From sequence record OM634661.1: 64,000 nucleotides of DNA; one strand, written 5' to 3'. Position numbers and translations under genes: made by a program. Under the pieces are notes generated by a model, which ran no database searches, was not told the DNA's origin, and saw only the letters and a program-made list of their open reading frames with translations. The first letter of the stretch is position 1. Every line of letters starts with the position of its first letter. Positions 1 through 11,800 of this stretch are shown here, piece after piece.

Positions 1-1
1 C

Positions 2-1246
2 ACAATAAAAGATTGTAAGTTTGATTCTGCTAGAAGAAATAATATATCAGTAGTCTCCTCAGATGGTGTTTTGATTATGAATAACAAGATTATTAATGCT
101 GGAGGTCCTGGAACGAAAGATAATCCTAAGTCAGCTGGAACTACCCCTCAATTCGGAATTGATCTTGAAGGTTATGGAGAAGATGATATTGATTATGAAA
201 CACCTGATCATGTCTTAGTAATTGGCAACTATTTCAAAAACAATGCCGTTGCTTCACTTATAAACTTCTCAGGATATAAAGTAATTGTTTCTAATAATAT
301 ATCTGACAATCTCATTTCATATGGAAATGGAACAGATACGATCATTACAAACAATCTAATGATCAGAGAAGATAGAAAAGGAACAGCTATTGCTGGAGCA
401 AAAGTATCACAAGGGTTTGATAGAAATGGTGCAATTATTAGTGGCAATATGATCACTGGATTTGAAACAGGTATTGATGTTAGAGGCGTAAATTCTATTG
501 TTTCTAATAACATGATCAATGATGTCATCAATGGAATCAACTGTTACAATTTAGAAAACGCATTGATTGCAAATAATTATGTTTGGAAAGTTCAATCAAG
601 AGGGATAAATGTAACAGAGAGTGTTCAAGACATCACGATAGAAAGCAATGTACTTAAAGATGTCAAAGACACTTCCATGTATTTGTTTAATTCTAAGAAA
701 ATCAAAATTAGAAGTAATGATTTCAGTAACTGTAAAAAAGCCCTTCGCATCAATGGAGCAAAGAGTATTTTCGCTGCTAATAATACATTCGATGTAAATG
801 GATTTGAAGGAGCAGAAGGCGAAATCATTATTGAAAACAATGCAGATGTTTTACTCAAAGATAATATTTTCAATGAGTCTAAAAATAATGCAGTGATGGT
901 TCTTGGCAAAGCAGATACAAGAGTAAAGATGATAGGAAACCATTTTGAAAAACCTTCTTCCTTTATTCTAGTTCTATGTAATGATTTGAAGAATCTTGAG
1001 ATGATGAACAATACAATGTCATTCCTTCCAAACAGAAACGGAGTCCAAGGTATAAGACTAGAAAGATGCAGCGAGGCTCTGTTATTAAACAACACCATTT
1101 CTTCAGGAAATGAATATACACTAGGAGATGCAATACATACTGCAAACTCATCATCAACAAAGATCCTTCGTAACACTATCTTGAAAGGTAAAATAAATAA
1201 AAATTCTACAACAGATACAGATGAGGGGAATATCGTTATAGGATAA
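2..1246 (+). CDS. Right-handed parallel beta-helix (pectin-lyase-like) protein, probable tailspike/depolymerase; 5'-truncated by the window edge
   Basis: Frame is open from position 2 (TIKDCKFDSARRNNISVVSSDGVLIMNNKI...). Repeated I-x-N-N-x-I / G-I-x-V beta-helix rungs run throughout. Confidence 0.8.
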   Translation, partial: TIKDCKFDSARRNNISVVSSDGVLIMNNKIINAGGPGTKDNPKSAGTTPQFGIDLEGYGEDDIDYETPDHVLVIGNYFKNNAVASLINFSGYKVIVSNNISDNLISYGNGTDTIITNNLMIREDRKGTAIAGAKVSQGFDRNGAIISGNMITGFETGIDVRGVNSIVSNNMINDVINGINCYNLENALIANNYVWKVQSRGINVTESVQDITIESNVLKDVKDTSMYLFNSKKIKIRSNDFSNCKKALRINGAKSIFAANNTFDVNGFEGAEGEIIIENNADVLLKDNIFNESKNNAVMVLGKADTRVKMIGNHFEKPSSFILVLCNDLKNLEMMNNTMSFLPNRNGVQGIRLERCSEALLLNNTISSGNEYTLGDAIHTANSSSTKILRNTILKGKINKNSTTDTDEGNIVIG

Positions 1247-1255
1247 ATAAATGGA

Positions 1256-1285
1256 GGAGACACCTTAAATGGTGTCTTTTCTTAT
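1256..1285 (+). terminator. Rho-independent terminator
   Basis: Stem AGACACC (1258-1264) / GGTGTCT (1271-1277), followed by TTTTCTTATT. Confidence 0.75.
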
Positions 1286-1312
1286 TGCTTTTAAAAAAAA
1301 TAGTGGTTAAAA
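1285..1312 (+). promoter_or_regulatory. Promoter-like motif TTGCTT-N11-AGTGG-TTAAAA
   Basis: One copy of a motif recurring upstream of several operons; lies just before the RBS of the 1346 gene. Confidence 0.45.
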
Positions 1313-1345
1313 AGGAGAAAGAAGACTCTAAAAGGAGTGATGGAA

Positions 1346-4096
1346 ATGTCAGATTATATTGAAGCAATTACTTCTATAGATGAAGAAAAAGAAGTTCTTG
1401 TGTTTGAAACAGAAGGGTACGTTGTAGATGGCGATAAAAACTGGAAAGATATATTTGTAGAAACTGAATTTGTATACAAAGGTGGAAAGATAGGTATATC
1501 ACCAAGAGTATATGAGACAAATATGTATATGTATGTGGAACTAGAAAATACACAGATAAGTGATCCAGATGTAGATCCTATTGTTTATAAAGGATCAGCT
1601 ACTATTGGAGTGCAAGTCACATATGATAGAAATTTACTTGCAGCAAAAGATATACCTGGGCTTGTAATTGATCAACATTATGTATTAAAAGCAAAAATTA
1701 CAAAGACAAATTATAAAATCTATTTAGATGACACTGTTATATTCAATATAGAATACAGTGGTATGCCTAGAGGATCTGTAGGAGCATTTGCTTCATCAGG
1801 AAATGAACTTGTAAGGATGGAAGTACAAAGCTCATTCCCTGATGCATGGGAAACAAATGTTGATGAAATTAGTGGGGCTATATGTTCCACAGAAGAAGAT
1901 AATGCAAGTAATAAATTTATCTATTTGAAAAACAGCAAGGCTGATAAAGAATTATTTATAGAACAAGAAATTGATGTGAAGGAAAATAAAGACAGAACCA
2001 TTTCATTTCTTTTTAAAGGAGATGGCTTAGTTAAGGTCTTAGAATTAGATGGAGAAGATCCTAAAGAATACTCTCTTCCTATCATATCAGATGAATGGAA
2101 ACAAGAATCTTTAACGTACCAAGTATCAGCAGGATGTACTAAAGTAAAGATTGGATTCTATACTTCATTATCAGAACTAAGAGTCAATGATGTTCAGGAT
2201 GAAGAAAAATCTTTTAGAACCAGTTACATACATAATACAGATGCAGAACTTGAAGCGAAAAGAGCAAATTCTATTATCACATACCCTTCTAAAAACAACA
2301 TCTCTACAAGCAGGGGAACTATTAGTATGTGGGTAAATCCAGCCGTCATTTATCAAGACACAGAAATGAAACCTGTATTATTTGAATATGGATCTGAAGT
2401 AAACAGTTATCAAATAGGATATGAAGATAATCAATTCTACTTCAATCATGTGAACAGTGATAATAAAGCTGCTATCGAAAAAGAATTCAATAAAGATGAA
2501 TGGTATCATATTGTTTCTACATGGGGAGATGGACATGTATCAATCTATGTGAACAATGAAAAAATATCTGTAGATCAAGTAGGGTTCTTAACAACTGATT
2601 CAAACATTATTAGGATTGGTCATGGAGAAAGAGAAGGATCTGTATTTAATGGGATTATTGATGAAACAATTGTTTACGGTCAAGTACTTAGTGATGATGA
2701 GATTAAAGCACTGTATGATGCCGCCAATCCAGTTGTAGATAATAAGTCTATGTTAATGAGAGCTACGTTTAATCATGCGCTAGGAAGTTTTAATAGATCT
2801 ATTATAGAAGCAACAATGGCCCCTAAGTACGGATCTCCAATTATCATTGAAAAAGAAGACGGAACTTCTATGCAAAAAGTTTCTTTCTTTGATTATTACA
2901 CAGGAGAGTATAGAACGTTTAATGATGAAAGAGTTGTGTATGATGGATTCTCTGACTTTATTAGAATATCTTATGATGATTTAGATCTAGAAAATTTCAG
3001 ACCTGTTGTTTGCGATGAGCAAGGTGTTCTTTACGGAGATCCATTAGAAGTGAAGGGTAACAAGGTGTACATGAAACTAACAGATAAAGAGAAAGAAAAG
3101 TTGAAAGATGAAGTGCTAATTGTATCTTATCAAATAGACAATGCCTTTACTGTTGATTTCAATATTGGAGTTCCTGACTCTTTCCGTATTAATATTGGAA
3201 AACATGATGGTCAAGATATGAAAATCTATTATGAAGGCAATGATTTTCATCAAGAAAAACTTGCAACAATGGTGGAGCTTAATCCTTTGTTGAATCCAAA
3301 TCATAAAGGTTTCTTGTATGTGACAGGAAATATAGAGCCAGTAACATCATTTAGAATCAAAGCAACACCTAGTGACTTACCAGCCAATGGTGCATCTGAA
3401 TCTCTTGTTTTAGTAGAGCCGCTTGATCTTTATGGAAACTTCATTAGTCATGCTAGATTAGAAGTCTCATGTGAAAAAGGATCAATTATACCAGCATATG
3501 ATCTAAATAGTATTAAGCTAAGAGATAGAGCAGGTAGATACATCTATAAGTACAGAGCACCTATCCTAAAAGCTGAAAAAGAAAAACAATTACAGGTCAA
3601 AGATAAGATTAACGTAAAAGACAAAGAAAGTGGAATCGGTGTGCAGCTCACAGTAACGCTTAAAACACTTGAAGTAGAAAGGCATTTGATTGTAAAAGAA
3701 GACAATATGTATGACATTGCTCACAAGTATGGAGCATCTGTAGCAGACATAGCTGTTGAAAATGAAATGACAGCAGGTCAGTTAGAAAATTACATTAAAG
3801 AGAATGTAGGATCTTATATTAAAATTCCAATCAATTACTCATCTTCTGACGTGAAAAGAGCAGCTTCTGATCTTGCAGAAGAAATCATGATTGGATATAT
3901 CATTACCAAGATGGTTGAATATAAAGATCTGCCTATTTCAAAAATCCCAGAAGGTTTGGGCGAGATATTAGATGTTAATAACGATGGGTTGATTAATGAT
4001 TTAGAATTCTTATGGATTCAAGAAAAAAGATTTACAAAAGAAATCTCAGACCTATATTCAAGACTGAATAAATGGTTTGAAGAAAACAAAGGGTGA
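1346..4096 (+). CDS. Virion structural protein with LamG/concanavalin-A-like domain, Ig-like region, LysM and C-terminal EF-hand/dockerin-like motif
   Basis: LamG signature (GTISMWVNP...WYHIVSTW...SIYVN...FNGIIDETIVYGQVLSDDEIKALY); LysM (DNMYDIAHKYGASVADIAVEN); DVNNDGLINDLE. AGGAG RBS lies 8 nt before ATG 1346 (ORF track start 1337). Confidence 0.7.
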   Translation: MSDYIEAITSIDEEKEVLVFETEGYVVDGDKNWKDIFVETEFVYKGGKIGISPRVYETNMYMYVELENTQISDPDVDPIVYKGSATIGVQVTYDRNLLAAKDIPGLVIDQHYVLKAKITKTNYKIYLDDTVIFNIEYSGMPRGSVGAFASSGNELVRMEVQSSFPDAWETNVDEISGAICSTEEDNASNKFIYLKNSKADKELFIEQEIDVKENKDRTISFLFKGDGLVKVLELDGEDPKEYSLPIISDEWKQESLTYQVSAGCTKVKIGFYTSLSELRVNDVQDEEKSFRTSYIHNTDAELEAKRANSIITYPSKNNISTSRGTISMWVNPAVIYQDTEMKPVLFEYGSEVNSYQIGYEDNQFYFNHVNSDNKAAIEKEFNKDEWYHIVSTWGDGHVSIYVNNEKISVDQVGFLTTDSNIIRIGHGEREGSVFNGIIDETIVYGQVLSDDEIKALYDAANPVVDNKSMLMRATFNHALGSFNRSIIEATMAPKYGSPIIIEKEDGTSMQKVSFFDYYTGEYRTFNDERVVYDGFSDFIRISYDDLDLENFRPVVCDEQGVLYGDPLEVKGNKVYMKLTDKEKEKLKDEVLIVSYQIDNAFTVDFNIGVPDSFRINIGKHDGQDMKIYYEGNDFHQEKLATMVELNPLLNPNHKGFLYVTGNIEPVTSFRIKATPSDLPANGASESLVLVEPLDLYGNFISHARLEVSCEKGSIIPAYDLNSIKLRDRAGRYIYKYRAPILKAEKEKQLQVKDKINVKDKESGIGVQLTVTLKTLEVERHLIVKEDNMYDIAHKYGASVADIAVENEMTAGQLENYIKENVGSYIKIPINYSSSDVKRAASDLAEEIMIGYIITKMVEYKDLPISKIPEGLGEILDVNNDGLINDLEFLWIQEKRFTKEISDLYSRLNKWFEENKG

Positions 4097-7000
4097 TAAG
4101 GATGACAAAAGCACATAAAGATCGAATATCACAAGATGGAGAAGATAAAGGCTATTCTATTAGGGTCGGGAAAACCGTCCCTCCTAATAGTGCCAATCTT
4201 GCTTATGTATACAGTCCAGACATGGGTCCTGAGCACAATCTACTAATCAATGATTTCTCTAGCGATATTGCAGAAAATGGACTTCCATCTAATTATGAAA
4301 AAGAAAGAATGATGTACCCTGCTGAAGATTTCTTGCTAAGAGAATTGTCAGGATCATCAAAACTTCCAAGCAGGAACGTAGCATTAACAGATGAATTCTC
4401 TACACCTGTTAATACACAAGATTCACCTGTGCCTCTTTATTACCAAGCAGAGTCAAAGGGGTATTTTGATGCGAAAGGATCAACTGTTGTTCCTTATGAA
4501 AGTGGATATTTAGAAAAACCTATTGAACGTATCCAAAACTATGTTGACCTTGAAGGTAATGATAGAGAAACACTTTTATACTTAGGAAGTAAAATCAGCG
4601 TAACGATGCTTGATGGATCAGATTTACCAGAGGGATATAGATATAAGATCAAACTTGTTAGATCAGCAACAACAGCAAATAGTAACAGATATAGAATTCA
4701 AGTAATGACAAATTTTAAAGGAAATAAGGATCAAACTTTTGTTCTTAGATATGAAAGATATTGGTCAAGCGGAACTTATACGAGTGATTATGTGGAAGTA
4801 TTAAACGCTTATCCTTTCTTCAAAGAGATTCCAAAATCACTTCTTGAAGATTTAGCAGAGAATCCGAAAGAAGAAGGTGAATGGAAAAAAGAACTGAATG
4901 AAAAGCAATACGCTGTCATTGAAGCTGATGATAATACTTACGAAGTATATGCACCGAGTCAGGTTATTGTAGGAAACAATATCACAAGACCTGCTCATCA
5001 ATTTAAATATAGAATCGAATCCAATTTAAAAACCAAATTAAGCAATGCTAATCCAGGAAAGATTAATGTTGGGATTGCCTACTTAAACGAAACAGTTTTT
5101 GGTGTAGAAAACTTATCAGGAACCTTAAAGAAAGCATACGAAGATAATTTCAAACCTCCTTATCTAGACTTTGAAAATCCGCACCCTGAACTTCTTAGTA
5201 TGATTAAAGAAGAAGTCGTGTATTGGCAGATTGATATAGGGATGGCAGCAGAATATTGGAATGAATATGATCTTGTTATTCTGACTGGATTTGGGTTCTT
5301 TGACCTATCTCCTTACAATGATGCAATCAGACAGTATCTAGAAAATGGTGGTCGCATTTGGATTGACAATGGAGGTGCTGGTGAGAACGTACTTAACTTT
5401 ACGAAACCAGATGGTTCAGAAACATTCCTAACAAACGTGAAATTTTCAAAGACTGCTCAAGTATCTGCATTCAAAGCAGCTGGAAACAACACATTAGCTA
5501 AGACAATTTTAAATAGACTATATCTTCTTGAGTCAGATAGATTAGATGCGGGTTATAGTGGTGTCGATCCAGAGATCGTATTTGGAGCTGGTGAGAGTGC
5601 TTCGAACTGGACACCTATTGTTAGATATTCTAATAATAAGCCGTCAGTTATTTACAGAGATATATATGAAAAAGGCGGAATCATGGTATCAAACTGTGGA
5701 ATATTTAGAGCTATTTTTCATGGAGAAGAATTTGATGTAAAGCTTGCAATGAATATATTCTTAATCTTTGCTGAAAACAAATGGATTAACAGTCCTTGGC
5801 TACAAGATTACGTGTATCATAGAGACAACTTATTCAAAGAAGAGTATAAAGGTGTGACTGGAGACAATCTATATTTAGATGATCGAAATGACTTTGACTC
5901 AACACAAATCGTTGCAAAGAAAATCATTAGTGATTCTACTAAGAAGGCAATGCTTCCATACCTTCCAAGTTCATTCTTTAATGCAAAAGGAAGCTTTAGA
6001 TTAAATGTTGAATCAAACAGTGATGTTCCTTTATTAAATAACAGTATGGAGTCTGGAACATTTAATGAAGAAACTCAAACACCAGTGACCAGCTGGACTG
6101 ATAGCACAGTAGAAGCAATACCAGGATGGAACACAAATCATGTAGCTGGCTCAACACCTCAATTCAATCATCTTGTAAATATCTCTACAAGAGGTTCAAG
6201 AGCAATAGAAGTCATAGGCTCTGATGATGGAACAGGAACACAGGCATATTGGTCTAACAAGACACAGATACTCCCTGGTGGCTCTTATAGAGCTTATATA
6301 TGGATGTCTACATCTAATGCTAACTTATTAACAGGCAACGGTCCTTCAATCGGGATCTATGCAGAGAATGGAGATAAAATAGCAATCAGTAGTCCAGTGT
6401 TAGGGTCTAGGGATTGGGTTCGTGTTCAAGTTGATTTTAGTATTAGACAATCTCAAAGAGTCGAAATTAGAATAGGTTTTGTTGACGGAAACGGATACGG
6501 AACTATAAAGATGGATGAACTGAGATTATATAGTATCGGTAGTGTTTACATGACACCTGAAAATGATGGTACAAGATCTTTATATGCTTATGCAACAAAA
6601 GCAAGAGGAGAAGCATTCGACTTAAAATCTCAAGGATTCACAAATGCAGATGTTACAACATATGATCCAGAAGTCAATTGCACGATCACAGTCAGATCAT
6701 TTGTATATACATGGGATAATTATTTAGGAAGAAATCTAAGAAAGTATGGGAACTATGAAAGCTATACATACAAGATTAAAAGGTCAGATGGCATTGTGAA
6801 TTTAGGATCATTATCCACAATGATTCCCGCATTAAATGCTGGAGCTGAATGGGCGGATCGAAATGATGTCTACTATGAAATATTCCTTGGTAATGCAAAT
6901 GGATTAGATGACGATAGTAAATTTGTAAACATAGAGATCTATGATACGAATAGTGGTCGATATTTTTATAATCGAACAGGTGAAATTGTCATTAGGCACA

Positions 7001-8628
7001 CAGACCTGTTTTACACTGGAGAGAATCAACAAGTCCTTGTTCAAGCAAGAACGAATTACTATACAATTCGAGCAACAAAAAGAAGATATGGATTAAAAGT
7101 AGAAGAGGAAGAAAAGATCATTGTTGAATACCCAGGCACAATTGACGAAAGAGATGCTTGGCATATGAGAATTAAAAATGGATCTTTCACGAAAAAAGAA
7201 CTAAGCTACAACGAATTGAAAAATCTATATCAATATGAGAAAGAATATGATAGATACAATCAAAGAATCTTTGGAGTTCATTACTATTCACTTCCAGAAT
7301 ACAACAGACAGGTATTTAATCCTTCTCAGGGAATCAAAAAGAAGAAGGAAGAAATAGCGGAGTATATCAATGACAATACCATTCGAATCCAAAATGCACC
7401 TCTGTATGTCAAAGAAGGAGTAGTCGAAGGAGAGCACTTGGTAAAAGCAGACGAAGAAGATAAGCTTTACAAGTCTCAAAACACATCTTGGTTGAAATCA
7501 GAAGATGTCAAAATCTATGTAGATGAAAACTTTAATGAAGAGTATGTAGAGATCACTGAAGGGTTTGACATTGATTATGAGAATGGATATGTTTTGTTTG
7601 AAGATGATCCAAATGGAAATGTAAAAGTCGATTATTCTCATAAAAATCTAAGAGTGACAAAAAGACTTTACAACAACAACAAGATCAAAAATGAAGTACT
7701 TATTTCATCGGATCGAAAAGTCTTTAGATCAAAAAATAAGAATTGGCTTTTATACCCAACTCCAATTATTCGAATCGTACCATACGGATCTGAACAACAG
7801 GATAACATCGCTGATGTTGCGTCATACACAATAGATTATGAAGAAGGTGCAATTATCTTCAAAGAGGATATTGGGGATCGTGTCATGGCTGATTATGCAC
7901 ACTCTACGAATACAGAGATGAAGATCAGAGATTATGATGCACAAAATGGATTCATCTATTTAGAAAATGAAGTTGACTTTAGACAAGAGTATTTTGTTGA
8001 CTACTTCTATGAAGAAAAGTACTTAGAGTACAGAGGATATTATGATGAAGAAGTAGGAAGATTTATGCATTTAGACTTAAATCCATCTGAAGGTCACTAC
8101 ACAACCATGCCAGTAGTAAGAGTAAGTGACACAAATGGATTGAAATACACGTCATACGAAGAAGTTCCAAGCGCCAAACTTATGAATAAAGAGGTTTACA
8201 TTTATATTCTTCCTTACAAAGATAGCTTTGGTAATCGAAATCCTTATACGATTAGACATGTTTTCTCTTCAGCAGAATGGGAGCAAGTTGAAAAAACAAG
8301 TCCCACTGCATTACTTCTAGCAATTGTTCACATTAGAGAACATACATCAGTAAATGATGTTGTTGTGATGGACAGTAGAACAAGAGGTGGAGGATTAAAA
8401 GAGAATATTACAAACAACGAAATCAAAAAACGTCAGGGTGTATTTACAAGCTATTGGGATATGGATACATGGGAAGGCGCAGCTTACAATAAAAATGGAA
8501 CACTTGTTATAGAGATTCCAAAGAAAGTATTGAAAAGTGAAGGTGGTCACTTCACAGAGAAACAAGTAAGAGATATTGTCCGTAAACACATTGCATTCGG
8601 TGTGTACTTCATTATTGATTATGTATAG
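4093..8628 (+). CDS. Large virion structural protein (1511 aa) with CBM-like jelly-roll and DUF4159/GATase-like segment
   Basis: YDLVILTG...YLENGGRIWIDN (class I GATase-like fold); NNSMESG...GW...GSRAIEV...MDELRL (CBM4/9-like); repeated IDYE-G-V/I-F motifs; located in the tail module. Confidence 0.6.
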   Translation: MIRMTKAHKDRISQDGEDKGYSIRVGKTVPPNSANLAYVYSPDMGPEHNLLINDFSSDIAENGLPSNYEKERMMYPAEDFLLRELSGSSKLPSRNVALTDEFSTPVNTQDSPVPLYYQAESKGYFDAKGSTVVPYESGYLEKPIERIQNYVDLEGNDRETLLYLGSKISVTMLDGSDLPEGYRYKIKLVRSATTANSNRYRIQVMTNFKGNKDQTFVLRYERYWSSGTYTSDYVEVLNAYPFFKEIPKSLLEDLAENPKEEGEWKKELNEKQYAVIEADDNTYEVYAPSQVIVGNNITRPAHQFKYRIESNLKTKLSNANPGKINVGIAYLNETVFGVENLSGTLKKAYEDNFKPPYLDFENPHPELLSMIKEEVVYWQIDIGMAAEYWNEYDLVILTGFGFFDLSPYNDAIRQYLENGGRIWIDNGGAGENVLNFTKPDGSETFLTNVKFSKTAQVSAFKAAGNNTLAKTILNRLYLLESDRLDAGYSGVDPEIVFGAGESASNWTPIVRYSNNKPSVIYRDIYEKGGIMVSNCGIFRAIFHGEEFDVKLAMNIFLIFAENKWINSPWLQDYVYHRDNLFKEEYKGVTGDNLYLDDRNDFDSTQIVAKKIISDSTKKAMLPYLPSSFFNAKGSFRLNVESNSDVPLLNNSMESGTFNEETQTPVTSWTDSTVEAIPGWNTNHVAGSTPQFNHLVNISTRGSRAIEVIGSDDGTGTQAYWSNKTQILPGGSYRAYIWMSTSNANLLTGNGPSIGIYAENGDKIAISSPVLGSRDWVRVQVDFSIRQSQRVEIRIGFVDGNGYGTIKMDELRLYSIGSVYMTPENDGTRSLYAYATKARGEAFDLKSQGFTNADVTTYDPEVNCTITVRSFVYTWDNYLGRNLRKYGNYESYTYKIKRSDGIVNLGSLSTMIPALNAGAEWADRNDVYYEIFLGNANGLDDDSKFVNIEIYDTNSGRYFYNRTGEIVIRHTDLFYTGENQQVLVQARTNYYTIRATKRRYGLKVEEEEKIIVEYPGTIDERDAWHMRIKNGSFTKKELSYNELKNLYQYEKEYDRYNQRIFGVHYYSLPEYNRQVFNPSQGIKKKKEEIAEYINDNTIRIQNAPLYVKEGVVEGEHLVKADEEDKLYKSQNTSWLKSEDVKIYVDENFNEEYVEITEGFDIDYENGYVLFEDDPNGNVKVDYSHKNLRVTKRLYNNNKIKNEVLISSDRKVFRSKNKNWLLYPTPIIRIVPYGSEQQDNIADVASYTIDYEEGAIIFKEDIGDRVMADYAHSTNTEMKIRDYDAQNGFIYLENEVDFRQEYFVDYFYEEKYLEYRGYYDEEVGRFMHLDLNPSEGHYTTMPVVRVSDTNGLKYTSYEEVPSAKLMNKEVYIYILPYKDSFGNRNPYTIRHVFSSAEWEQVEKTSPTALLLAIVHIREHTSVNDVVVMDSRTRGGGLKENITNNEIKKRQGVFTSYWDMDTWEGAAYNKNGTLVIEIPKKVLKSEGGHFTEKQVRDIVRKHIAFGVYFIIDYV

Positions 8629-8639
8629 GGGGAAATAAA

Positions 8640-8831
8640 ATGAGCGGACTTCCAAGCAACATACCATTAGGTTTGTTTGCAATCTACAATACCAAGACAG
8701 AGAACACAGAGCTGTCTTGGTCCTATGTGGATTCAGAAGATATTGAGTACTTTGAAATACAGTATTACAACGAAGAACAAAGAAAGTGGCTTCCTTATGA
8801 CGGAAGAAATGGCATTATAAAAAAGAAATAA
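8640..8831 (+). CDS. Small fibronectin-type-III-like protein
   Basis: ELSWSY...IEYFEIQY...W pattern; GGGG RBS. Confidence 0.5.
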   Translation: MSGLPSNIPLGLFAIYNTKTENTELSWSYVDSEDIEYFEIQYYNEEQRKWLPYDGRNGIIKKK

Positions 8832-8845
8832 GGTAAGGTGATAAT

Positions 8846-11800
8846 ATGTCAGCATCAAAATTTCCAGAAGAACTAGATCGTTTTCAACCAAAAAACAATG
8901 CTGAATTTGAAGGAGATCCTCAAGGTGATTATGTCATGGCAGAGGATGTTAATGAACTACAAGATGCTATTCATGCAATAGAAAAGACATTAGGAGTAAA
9001 CCCTCAAGGAGGAAGCGGTTCTGTAGGAGAAAGAATCTCTCTCTTTGAGGGATCTTCTTCAGTTAAAGTACCTTCATTCCTTATGTACTTAGGAGAATTA
9101 ATCAATATCAATGATAGTGAAACGGTTAATGAAGCATCAAGTATTCTGAGTCTATTCAATCATGTTGTAATAGGTGAAGAGTCAATCAATGAAATGAACC
9201 AGAACAAAGAAATCTTAACTGAAACAAAAAAGAAATCAAATACTTCTTTTTATGGATTAATTGACGTAGGAGTGTTAACGGCAAATACATCGGTCACAGA
9301 TATTCAAAATAAAATCTTTCAATTCAGAGAGATGGGTGTAGAAGGCATCTATTGTAAAAATTTTGGATATGAAAACGAAGTAAGTAGAGATCGCCAGAAT
9401 AAGATATTAGAATCAATTCATCAATATGGAATGGTTGCTATTCTTACAGGTGATAATCCAGAAGAATTATTCACAGAGGTTTATCATGAATCATTGAATC
9501 CAGATTGGATAGATCCATTAATTGAAGCAGGAGATGCTTATCACATTGAAAGATTTGCTGTTGATTCTTCTATTTACACTCTGGCCTCTGTAGATGCTGA
9601 AAGAATGAATAAGCTTTATGAGTATCGAAAAGATTTAGGAATTAAAATATTTGGTAGTGGTACTGTCCTATCTACTTCTTCACAATCTGATGCTCAAGAA
9701 AGATATGAGTATGCAGAAGGATCAGCTGTACTATATAGCCTAGATGCATATTACATAATGGTAGAGGGATACGGAGAGATTAGTAGAAAGATATGGGATT
9801 TCAAATGGATGCCTCTTATAGGGTCTTGGTATGAATCCAATCCTGTCATTATAGAAGATAATGGTCAATTTAAAAGAAAGACTTCTTTTGGTGACATCAC
9901 ATTAATTGAAGACAGAAAAAAAGTTCTTTTCGAAGGATTGTATATACCAAGTGAAATGATGAAGTTTAATCCGAATAGTATCAATGGAAACATCATCATG
10001 GACTCTACAATTGATGAAACAAAGATTAAAAAATATTCTGGAAACAAATTGATCAATGCTATTAACGAAGATCAAACAACGAATAAGATTAAAATCACCA
10101 AAGTAGAAAAGTTTTCTTATGACGATTTAGATGGAAGTGTTCCTGTTGATCATCTTTCAGCAAACGTCATTAATGCAATTAATGCCTATATTGGTTCAGC
10201 TGTAATTGGTGCAGCGAAGATTGGTGATTTGAATGCAGAGAAGATTACGACAGGATCTTTAAAAGCAGATATTATCAAATCATCTGTAGTAGATGCAATT
10301 AATATCTATGCTCAGAATATGACAGCAGATAGTGCAAAGATTGATGTAGCAACAATCGGTGAACTTACAGCAGATCATATCAAGGCAAATATTGTTGAAG
10401 CGATTAATCTTTACGCTGAAAATATGGATGTAAATAGTGCTCATATTAATACAGCGGTTATTAAAGAACTTTCTGCTAATAAGATCACAAGTGGAGACAT
10501 TGCATCTGATCGTATGAGGGCGAACGTAGTAAATGCTATTAACTTGTATGCAGAAACGATTGTAGGTGACAGTGCAAGAATTGATACAGCTGTTATCGGA
10601 GAACTTACAGCAGATCATATTAAAGCAAGTGTTATTGATGCGATTAACGCTAGTATCGAAACTGCAACTATTGATGGCGCAAAGATTACTGCTGCTACAA
10701 TTGATGGGGCGAAAATCAAAGAAGCAACAATTACTGGCGCAAACATTGCACTTGCCACAATTGATACAGCTAACATTAAAGACCTAGCTGTTGGTACTGC
10801 TCAAATTGATTTAGGATCTATCACAAGTGCTCTTATTGCTGAAGCAGCAGTAGAGAGTATTCATATTGCAGAAGCAACAATTACAGATGCACATGTGTTA
10901 GAACTGAATGCGAATAAGATCAAAGCAGGTTCAATTGATACAACAAGAGTTACTATTCAAGGCGATAACGGACATCTTAAATTATCAGGAAACAGACTTC
11001 AAGTATTTGATGATTCCGAACCAGCTATTGAAAGAGTATCTGTTGGAGATGTAGATAATGATGGTTCTACATATGGTCTTAGAGTAAGAGGATCTGATGG
11101 TCAAACTGTACTATATGATGAAAACGGAGTGTACACTGAAGGGATTACAGACGGAGCAGTAACAAATCCAAAGATTGGTGACGAAGCTGTAGATTCAAGA
11201 GTCATTATGGCAGATGCCATTTTAGCAAAACATATTAGTGCAGATACAATTGTTGCACGACACATAGCAAGTGATAGTATCACGACTCGTCATATTTTAG
11301 CAGGAAGTATCACAGCTGACTCAGCTATTATTGCAGAAGCTGCTATTAAATCTATTAATATTGGTGAAGGTCAAATCTCTAATGTACACATTCAAAATGC
11401 TGCAATCAAAAGTGTTAATATTGAAGATGGTGCAATCACTACTGTTAAAATTGGTGATGCTGAAATTACTGCGGCGAAAATCAAAGATCTCGCCATTACA
11501 AATGCAAAAATTGCAGATGCAACAATTGAAGCAGCTAAGATTAAAAATATCAATGCGGATGTAATAGACAGTGGAACAATTTTAGCTAAATTCATTCAAG
11601 TCGGAAGAGAAAGTTCATTTGAAGATGGATATGATCCAAAATTTAATGATGATCAAGTTCGATTAGATCTAAGATTAGAAGCGCCTCTACCAAGTAGAAT
11701 AAAAATGAATGAAAATGGTATTAGAGTAGATACAGATATTGCAGACTCTTATGCATCACTTGATTATAGAGGACTTTATATCAAAGGTGGAGCTATTGTT

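Noticed and set aside
229-1263. Long antisense ORFs (229-540, 625-1263) and many similar shadow ORFs in the track
   Set aside because: They lie antisense to well-supported genes, lack an RBS, and their F/S/L/I-rich composition is typical of reverse-strand shadows of AT-rich genes.
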